Program-made: the position numbers and the translations under genes
DNA from: a virus
Taxonomy: Duplodnaviria; Caudoviricetes
Virus record (IMG/VR): IMGVR_UViG_3300047551_001006
Span: 1 to 57,889 of that record
Length of the DNA: 57,889 nucleotides
Direction: 5' to 3' (one strand)
The notes under the pieces: model-generated
The model's input: only the letters and a program-made list of their open reading frames with translations
What the model was told of the DNA's origin: nothing
The model's database searches: none
Part shown: positions 51,287-57,889 of the stretch, piece after piece
Position numbering within the stretch: the stretch's first letter is position 1
How the letters are laid out: each line of letters opens with the position of its first letter

Positions 51287-51949
51287 ATGGCTCATTCTAA
51301 TTTTTATATAGCCGCATCGCACACCAACGCAGCAGGGTCGCATACCAATAGTACCGCTGCGCACACGGATAATACTACTCCTGCGGCGCATACTAATATT
51401 GCACATCAAAATGCAACTATTCCTGCAGCACATACCGACAACACCACTTCGTTTAGTAACATAGCATTCAGCAACATAGCATTTTCCAATAGTTACACTC
51501 CACACACTAATATCGCACACAGTAACATCGCACATAGTGATGGTGGATTTACAAATACTACAATACCATTTAGTAATATCGCAAAAGCACATACAAATAT
51601 AGCGCATACCGATACACCGAAGTCACATACTGATATTGATTTTAGTAACATAGCATTCGCAAATAATTACACAAGTAATAATCACACAGATAATACTACA
51701 AATCCAGCACATACTGATATCGCACACACCAACAATAGCTCGGCACATACTGATAGTACAATTAACAATTCACACGCAGATAATACAACACTACATTCGA
51801 ATATTGCACATGCAGATTCACCGCATGTCGATTCTTACACTCCGGCACAGTGCTCACAGTGTCCTGGTGGTAATGCAGCAGAATGTGACGAATTCTGCGC
51901 TTGTTATCCAAACTGTGGATGTCAAGATAATATATGTGTAGGTACATAA
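51287..51949 (+). CDS. [H/F]-x-[D/N] repeat protein with C-terminal 8-Cys domain (P2)
   Basis: 220 aa; 28 motifs, then CSQC..C..CAC..CGC..C. Confidence 0.8.
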   Translation: MAHSNFYIAASHTNAAGSHTNSTAAHTDNTTPAAHTNIAHQNATIPAAHTDNTTSFSNIAFSNIAFSNSYTPHTNIAHSNIAHSDGGFTNTTIPFSNIAKAHTNIAHTDTPKSHTDIDFSNIAFANNYTSNNHTDNTTNPAHTDIAHTNNSSAHTDSTINNSHADNTTLHSNIAHADSPHVDSYTPAQCSQCPGGNAAECDEFCACYPNCGCQDNICVGT

Positions 51950-51976
51950 TAAAATGTTTATAATAGGGAATAACTA

Positions 51977-52741
51977 ATGCCAGGTCCTACTCATACAAAC
52001 ATAGCACATAGTGATATAGGATTTAGTAACGTTTCTGCCGCGCATACTGACGTTACTATTAATTCTTCACATACGGATAATACACTTCCGCATGGTAATA
52101 TTGCATTTACTAATAGCACTATTCCCGCAGCACACACAGACAATACAACATTTACAGCACATACCAACACACCACACAGTAATATATCATTTGTTAACAG
52201 TACCACACCATTTAGTAATATTTCTTTTTCAAATAGTTACACACCACATAGTAATATTGGAGCATCGCATACAAATATTGCACACAGTAATACAGCATTT
52301 AGTAACGTAGGATTTAGTAATATCGCACAAGGACACACCAATATATCACATAGTAATATCAGTCATAGCAACATTTCTGCCGCACATACGGACAATACTA
52401 CTAACCTATCACATAATGATACGGGACATGTAGATTCTACAATCAACGCAAGTCACACGGACAATTATACAGGTCCATCGCATAGTGATAATACGACACC
52501 AGCATCGCATAGTGATATCGCATTCTCAAATATCACCATTAATGCATCACATGATGATATTACAATAAATGCAAGTCATACAGATATAGCAAAAGCACAT
52601 ACAGATACAACCATTAACGCATCACACACTAATATCGTCAGCACCACACCAGCGGCACATACAGATAACACTACATCATTTAGTAATAGTTATACTCCAC
52701 ACTCAAATGTTGCGGCAGCCCATAGTAACGCATTCCTATAA
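51977..52741 (+). CDS. [H/F]-x-[D/N] repeat protein (P3)
   Basis: 254 aa; 36 motifs making up almost the whole protein. Confidence 0.8.
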   Translation: MPGPTHTNIAHSDIGFSNVSAAHTDVTINSSHTDNTLPHGNIAFTNSTIPAAHTDNTTFTAHTNTPHSNISFVNSTTPFSNISFSNSYTPHSNIGASHTNIAHSNTAFSNVGFSNIAQGHTNISHSNISHSNISAAHTDNTTNLSHNDTGHVDSTINASHTDNYTGPSHSDNTTPASHSDIAFSNITINASHDDITINASHTDIAKAHTDTTINASHTNIVSTTPAAHTDNTTSFSNSYTPHSNVAAAHSNAFL

Positions 52742-52750
52742 TACGAGAAT

Positions 52751-53614
52751 ATGACGCAATTTTTTCCACTTGGTACACCAACCACATCAAGCTTCTCACT
52801 CACCAGTAGTTTAGCGTTTGTCGCAACGTATGCGGTGAATGTAAATGTGTTAACCGCATCTTACGGACCAGGACCAACAGGACCAACAGGTGTTCGTGGA
52901 CCATCAGGACCAACAGGACCACAAGGACAAGCTGGTTCAGGTTCTACAGGTCCAACAGGTGCAACAGGACCAACAGGATTAACAAGTTCAGGTCCAACAG
53001 GACCAACTGGACCTGCGGGGACAATAGGTATAACAGGTATTACTGGTGCAACGGGTGTAACAGGTAGTACAGGTCCAACAGGACCAACTGGTATCACGGG
53101 TGTAATTGGTATTACGGGTATTAGTGGTGTAACAGGCATCGCATCATTCGCATCGGGTTCTACAGGACCAACTGGAGCAACTGGAGCTACTGGTGCAACG
53201 GGTGTGGTGGGTATTACTGGTGCAACAGGGGTAATCGGTATTACAGGACCAACAGGATTAACAAATCTTGTTGGTATTACAGGCCCAACAGGACCAGTAG
53301 GATTACCCACCACAGGTTCCACAGGTCCGTCAGGTCCACAAGGTGCAACGGGTGTAATAGGTGTTACTGGTATATCCGCAGCAGCTGCATCGGCAGGAAC
53401 GGGTGGAGTGGGAGGTACTACAGGAGTCCAAGGACCAACAGGACCACAGGGTTCTCGTGGAGTTGATGCAGAATGTCCGGCTGGGTTTGTTACCTGTACT
53501 GAAGGATCCCCTTCATCTGGGTCAAATTTCTATACTAATCCAAATAGTAGTATATATTCTGTGGTTTGTGCAGCAAGACCTGTAGGTTGTTTAGGAACAT
53601 TTACTTGTGTCTAA
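52751..53614 (+). CDS. Collagen-like protein C with C-terminal Cys-containing domain
   Basis: 287 aa; FFPLG.PTTSSF N-terminus; ~200-aa Gly-X-Y tract; 5 Cys in the last 50 aa. Confidence 0.8.
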   Translation: MTQFFPLGTPTTSSFSLTSSLAFVATYAVNVNVLTASYGPGPTGPTGVRGPSGPTGPQGQAGSGSTGPTGATGPTGLTSSGPTGPTGPAGTIGITGITGATGVTGSTGPTGPTGITGVIGITGISGVTGIASFASGSTGPTGATGATGATGVVGITGATGVIGITGPTGLTNLVGITGPTGPVGLPTTGSTGPSGPQGATGVIGVTGISAAAASAGTGGVGGTTGVQGPTGPQGSRGVDAECPAGFVTCTEGSPSSGSNFYTNPNSSIYSVVCAARPVGCLGTFTCV

Positions 53615-53687
53615 CGTCATTTTCTTGATTGTAGGTGTAAAAAATACTACTTATATGAAGGTAGACGTTATGTGGAGATTTTAATAT

Positions 53688-54899
53688 ATGCCAAAGGCAC
53701 CTGGTAGTATTTGGGTTGATGGAGAAACCTTTAGATTTATTGATGCAACAGGAAACGAGTACTATTATACAGGTACTGCGGGTTCCAGTCCTGCGGGAGC
53801 AAAGGCGGGTTCAATCTGGGTAGACGGAAATGATTTCCATTATATTTCCGCTACCGGTGTTGACCGCACTATTGCATCAAGTGATTTGGGAGCGGCATCA
53901 GGAGCAAAGGTTGGATCGGCATGGGTGCAAACCACATTTTGGAATTGGATTTCTACCGCTGGTAATGTTCGTCGTGGTCATACAGACGTAACCGCAGCAC
54001 ATACGGACAATACCACCCCAGCATCCCACACAGATATCGCGTTCGTCAATACCACGATTAACGCAGCACATACAGACAACACGACGATAGCAGCACATAC
54101 AAACAACTATACTCCGCATACAAACACCACGATTAACGCAGCACATACTGATAATACCACCAACGCAAGTCACACAGATATCGCACACACCAACACCACG
54201 ATTAACGCAGCACATACCGATACCACAATCAACGCATCACATACCAACAACTATACTCCACACACTAACACAACGATTAACGCAGCGCATACAGACAACA
54301 CCACACCAGCTGCACATACCGATAATACGACTCCATTTAGTAATATAGCATTTAGTAATTCATACACACCAAATAGTCATACTAACAGCTATACTCCACA
54401 TAGTAATATCGGTCACACCAATATCGGTGCAGCACATACCGATAACACTACACCATTTAGTAATACAGCATTCGTCAATAGTTATACCGGAAATAATCAT
54501 ACCAACAATTACACGCCGCATAGTAATATCGGACATAGTAACATAGGATTTAGTAATATTGGATTCAGTAATATCGGATTCAGCAATATCGCAAAGGCAC
54601 ATACAGATAATACTACTAACGCAAGTCATACCAATATCGCACACAGTAATGTCGGGTTCAGTAACAGTTATACTGGATTTACCAATAGTTATACTCCATT
54701 TAGTAATGTTGGATTTAGTAATATTGGTGTAAGTCATACTAATATTGGACATAGTAATGTAGCACATAGTAATGTCGGTGCAAGTCATACCAATATTGGA
54801 CACAGTAATGTTGGGTTTAGTAATAGTTATACACCATTTGCTAATAGTTACACACCAAATAATCACGGTAACAGTTACCAAGGTGGTCCTTCGTTCTAA
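53688..54899 (+). CDS. Protein with N-terminal 3x GS(I/A)WV domain and 44 [H/F]-x-[D/N] motifs (PA)
   Basis: 403 aa; 97-aa head, then repeats from nt 53979; SD GGAG; TACTTATA at 53648. Confidence 0.82.
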   Translation: MPKAPGSIWVDGETFRFIDATGNEYYYTGTAGSSPAGAKAGSIWVDGNDFHYISATGVDRTIASSDLGAASGAKVGSAWVQTTFWNWISTAGNVRRGHTDVTAAHTDNTTPASHTDIAFVNTTINAAHTDNTTIAAHTNNYTPHTNTTINAAHTDNTTNASHTDIAHTNTTINAAHTDTTINASHTNNYTPHTNTTINAAHTDNTTPAAHTDNTTPFSNIAFSNSYTPNSHTNSYTPHSNIGHTNIGAAHTDNTTPFSNTAFVNSYTGNNHTNNYTPHSNIGHSNIGFSNIGFSNIGFSNIAKAHTDNTTNASHTNIAHSNVGFSNSYTGFTNSYTPFSNVGFSNIGVSHTNIGHSNVAHSNVGASHTNIGHSNVGFSNSYTPFANSYTPNNHGNSYQGGPSF

Positions 54900-54921
54900 T
54901 TATGTTTAACGGATAAATAAT

Positions 54922-55845
54922 ATGTCGCATTCAAATTTTTACAATGCTGCATCACATACTAATGTGGCTACAAGTCATACTAATATTGGATTCAGTAATG
55001 TTGGATTCAGTAACAGCTATACTCCGTTTAGTAATGTCGGATTTAGTAATGTTGGATTCAGTAATAGTTACACCCCACATAGTAATGTAGCACATAGTAA
55101 TGTTGGGGCAAATCATACAAATATTGGTGCAAATCACACGAATATCGGATTTAGTAATGTCGGATTCAGTAATTCATACACACCAAATAGTCATACTAAC
55201 AACTATACCCCACATAGTAATATCGGTCACAGTAATATTGGGCATAGTAACATCGGATTTAGTAATATAGCATTTAGTAATATTGCAAAGGCACATACAG
55301 ATAACACCACAAATGCAAGTCACACCAATATCGCACATACTAATATTGGTGCAGCACATACAGATAGTACTACACCATTCAGTAATATAGCATTTAGTAA
55401 TATTGCAAAGGCGCATACTGATACCACTATCAACGCAAGTCATACAAATATTGCGCATAGTAATATTGGTGCGGCACACACGGATAATACTACCAATCCA
55501 TCACATACTGATAATACTACCAACGCATCACACACCGATATTGCAAAGGCACACACCGATACCACGATTAACGCTTCACATACTGACAATACCACCAACG
55601 CAAGTCATACAGATATTGCGTTCGTCAATACCACCATTAACGCCGCACATACGGATAATACCACTATCGCATCACACACCGATATTGCGAAGGCACATAC
55701 AGACAACACCACACCAGCCGCCCACACAGATAACACCACCCCAGCATCACATACCGACATCGCACATACTAACACTACGATTAACGCAGCCCATACGGAC
55801 AACACCACACCACATAGTGACCAACCAGTATTCGTTGGTCCATAA
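54922..55845 (+). CDS. [H/F]-x-[D/N] repeat protein with 44 motifs (PB), mirror partner of PA
   Basis: 307 aa = MS + 295 aa of repeats + HSDQPVFVGP. Confidence 0.82.
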   Translation: MSHSNFYNAASHTNVATSHTNIGFSNVGFSNSYTPFSNVGFSNVGFSNSYTPHSNVAHSNVGANHTNIGANHTNIGFSNVGFSNSYTPNSHTNNYTPHSNIGHSNIGHSNIGFSNIAFSNIAKAHTDNTTNASHTNIAHTNIGAAHTDSTTPFSNIAFSNIAKAHTDTTINASHTNIAHSNIGAAHTDNTTNPSHTDNTTNASHTDIAKAHTDTTINASHTDNTTNASHTDIAFVNTTINAAHTDNTTIASHTDIAKAHTDNTTPAAHTDNTTPASHTDIAHTNTTINAAHTDNTTPHSDQPVFVGP

Positions 55846-55852
55846 TTGGGGC

Positions 55853-55881
55853 TTGACAAGTGGTGAGCCGTTTGGTATATT
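55853..55881 (+). promoter_or_regulatory. Sigma70-type promoter for the radical SAM operon
   Basis: TTGACA (55853-55858), 17-nt spacer, TGn-extended TATATT (55876-55881). Confidence 0.75.
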
Positions 55882-55910
55882 ACAAAATGATTTATTAATC
55901 ACGAGGTTAT

Positions 55911-57224
55911 ATGACTATTGAATTAGAACCAGTTGGAGTAGTATGTAATTTAAGTTGCCCGTATTGCTACGAACATCCTATGCGCGATGCGGGAAATTTT
56001 CGTCATAAAACATACTCTGTAGAGAAAATGTTAGAAGGTCTTGCCAAAGAGGGACATAACTTTACCTTATTTGGTGGTGAACCATTATTAACTGATATTG
56101 ACGATTTAGAAACTATTTTTAAGTGGGGTTATGAACGTTATGGAATGAATGGCGTTCAAACAAATGGTGTTTTAATCACCGACCGCCACATCGAAATGTT
56201 TAAGAAGTATAACGTTCACGTTGGAGTGTCCCTTGACGGACCCGATGAAATGAACGATACTCGTTGGGCTGGGTCATTAGAAAAGACCAGAGAAGCCACC
56301 CGTAAATCATTTGAAGCTATTAAAAAGTGTTTAGCTAATAAACTATCACTTGGATTAATTATTACCATTCATACAAAGAATGGATTACCAAAACATCGTG
56401 AACGTTTCAAGAATTGGATTAAAGAACTCCAATCGTGGGGTGTTGATGGAGCAAGACTTCATCCATTAGAAATTGACCATAGTGCAGTCGGTGAAACATT
56501 AGCCCTAACACCAGAACAAAATATTGAATTCTTACTTGATATGTGGGAATTTGAACTTAAAGAATTGAACGTTCCTGGTAAAAAGTCATTCCACTTTGAT
56601 ATTTTCCGTGATGTGGAAGATATGTTAAAAGCACAAGATGATAACGCTACGTGTACGTTCTTATCGTGTGACCCATATACTACACACGCGGTGCAAGGTA
56701 TTGACTCGCAAGGTAACAAAGCAAATTGCGGTCGTGGAAATAAGGAAGGTATTAACTGGATTAAGGCCGATGTAGACGGATTCGAACGTCAGATGGCTTT
56801 ATATAATACTCCACAGGAGCATGGTGGTTGTCAGGGATGTCGTTTCTTTATTATGTGTAAGTCGCACTGTCCTGGTACAGGTATTGAGATGGACTGGAGA
56901 AATCGTACTGATACTTGCATGAATTGGAAAGTAGCGTTTGGTATCTACGAAAAGTTGATGGTGGAAAAAGGTGAGACACCATTATCATTAAGTCCAGAAT
57001 TAAAGAAATATGAAGATATTTTAATGTATGGTTATAGTCGCGGTGTAGAACTTAGATTAAAACATATTAAGCAATATCTTGAAGGAAACTTCAATATAGA
57101 AGCATTTATTGACAGTTACCTTAAAAACCAAGCATTTGGATCACAAATACCACATGCAGACCATACTGATGAAACTGGACGTTACGCTATTGAGTATAAA
57201 GAGAAGTACGGATATTTACCTTAA
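55911..57224 (+). CDS. Radical SAM/SPASM-domain enzyme (peptide/protein maturase-like)
   Basis: CNLSCPYC (CxxxCxxC), FGGEPLL, QTNG, VGVSLDG; SPASM-type Cys array CTFLSC..NC..CQGCRFFIMCKSHCP..C; SD GAGG. Confidence 0.92.
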   Translation: MTIELEPVGVVCNLSCPYCYEHPMRDAGNFRHKTYSVEKMLEGLAKEGHNFTLFGGEPLLTDIDDLETIFKWGYERYGMNGVQTNGVLITDRHIEMFKKYNVHVGVSLDGPDEMNDTRWAGSLEKTREATRKSFEAIKKCLANKLSLGLIITIHTKNGLPKHRERFKNWIKELQSWGVDGARLHPLEIDHSAVGETLALTPEQNIEFLLDMWEFELKELNVPGKKSFHFDIFRDVEDMLKAQDDNATCTFLSCDPYTTHAVQGIDSQGNKANCGRGNKEGINWIKADVDGFERQMALYNTPQEHGGCQGCRFFIMCKSHCPGTGIEMDWRNRTDTCMNWKVAFGIYEKLMVEKGETPLSLSPELKKYEDILMYGYSRGVELRLKHIKQYLEGNFNIEAFIDSYLKNQAFGSQIPHADHTDETGRYAIEYKEKYGYLP

Positions 57225-57244
57225 CATTAAAGAGGATATGTAAA

Positions 57245-57616
57245 ATGATTGACGGATTACACGCAGACCATATAGACACAACTGGTGCCTACGGTCAAAA
57301 ATTCGCAGTAGTACAAGAACTACTCGAAACAGGAGTACTAAAAGAAATTCCAGAGGAATTCCGTGAAAAGGGTGCAGAAAGTGTACCAGTAGTAACTACT
57401 TCACAAACAGTAATTGGTGATGAATTTGATATGACCAACGGACATGCTGATCACGTTGACGAAACTGGTCGCTATGCACGTGCATATGAAGAACGATTCG
57501 GTGCAGGATCACTTGGTGAATCATCAAACTCACAACAAGAAGAACAAGCTGGTAATTCATGGAAGTCTTTCTTACAAAAGATTATCGCTGAAGAAAAGAG
57601 TAAGTTGAAGGTTTAA
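57245..57616 (+). CDS. Small acidic protein with two HADHxDxTGxY motifs
   Basis: 123 aa; LHADHIDTTGAYG and GHADHVDETGRYA; the motif also ends the radical SAM enzyme. Confidence 0.75.
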   Translation: MIDGLHADHIDTTGAYGQKFAVVQELLETGVLKEIPEEFREKGAESVPVVTTSQTVIGDEFDMTNGHADHVDETGRYARAYEERFGAGSLGESSNSQQEEQAGNSWKSFLQKIIAEEKSKLKV

Positions 57617-57635
57617 TCTAAACAACGAAGGGGTT

Positions 57636-57889
57636 ATGCAAAGAATAAAGCACGTCCTGCCTGACTGGACTCGTGTGCAGTGGACTAGTATTGAAAATAG
57701 AAATAAGTACGAACCTATTATCAATTCTATTAATGCTGCATGGAAACAAATTGAACGTATGTCGGTGGTGCACGATATTAGACCATCCTCGTTGGATATC
57801 GTATCACCAAACGAACTCGTACAACTTACAGAAGAATATAAAAAGTACGGAGTACTTGTAGTTCCTCTTGCGAAAGAAGGTAAGTCATC
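57636..57889 (+). CDS. Hypothetical protein, truncated by the window end (MQRIKHVLPDWTRVQWTSIENRNKYEPIINSINAAWKQIERMSVVHDIRPSSLDIVSPNELVQL...)
   Basis: ATG 57636 after GAAGGGG; frame open to the end of the window; absent from the ORF track because no stop is reached. Confidence 0.75.
   Translation, partial: MQRIKHVLPDWTRVQWTSIENRNKYEPIINSINAAWKQIERMSVVHDIRPSSLDIVSPNELVQLTEEYKKYGVLVVPLAKEGKS

Noticed and set aside
51272-51289. Stop-codon readthrough fusing P1 and P2 (12-nt in-frame gap)
   Set aside because: The equivalent PA/PB junction has a 22-nt out-of-frame gap, the stop is TAA, and both downstream genes start with a conserved M(A/S)HSNFY
34352-53585. Many minus-strand and off-frame ORFs rich in PVGPV or Cys/Trp/Thr over the collagen genes
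   Set aside because: Shadows of Gly-X-Thr codon repeats; no SD, and they are fully nested in + strand genes
50927-55845. Short DNA repeats (gcacatacagataac, ttagtaatat) resembling a CRISPR array or tandem repeat
   Set aside because: Degenerate at third codon positions, in frame within ORFs, with no constant repeat/unique spacer structure and no cas genes
53979-55845. Mirror symmetry explained by a DNA inverted repeat or assembly artefact
   Set aside because: Both genes are on the same strand with motifs in the same orientation; paired units differ in sequence, and only spacing and residue class are complementary
57673-57861. 62-aa ORF in the track
   Set aside because: Off-frame overlap of the SD-led ORF starting at 57636
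1-57889. tRNA/rRNA genes, integrase, transposase or diversity-generating retroelement
   Set aside because: Intergenic gaps are short with no cloverleaf seen; no recombinase, transposase or reverse transcriptase motifs in any ORF

Overview
A 57.9-kb segment of a large T4-like (myovirus-type) dsDNA phage genome. Every credible gene is on the + strand and uses the standard code. From left to right: putative baseplate/tail structural genes; a small replication/recombination block (Holliday-junction-resolvase-like nuclease, primase, single-chain Mre11-Rad50/SbcD-SbcC fusion); a multidomain nucleotidyltransferase protein; terminase large subunit; a cluster of small probable capsid-internal proteins; portal; prohead protease; ribosomal protein bS21; scaffold; major capsid; neck and tail-terminator proteins; sheath; tube; and three very large Ser/Thr-rich fibre proteins. 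The most unusual part is 49.4-57.9 kb. It holds three collagen-like genes with matched ~200-aa Gly-X-Y tracts and five proteins built from [H/F]-x-[D/N] motifs spaced 5, 7 or 9 residues apart. It also holds a radical SAM/SPASM enzyme with its own sigma70-type promoter and HxDHxD-containing partners. Parsing the repeats by hand shows that the motif spacing of one protein is the exact mirror image of its neighbour's (43/43 intervals), with every Phe motif facing a His motif. Three other proteins interlock in the same way as a three-way junction. This points to a sequence-programmed, antiparallel, branched protein zipper fibre that may be cross-linked by a cyclophane-forming radical SAM enzyme. 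The pairing code is seen directly in the sequence; the structure and chemistry are inference.
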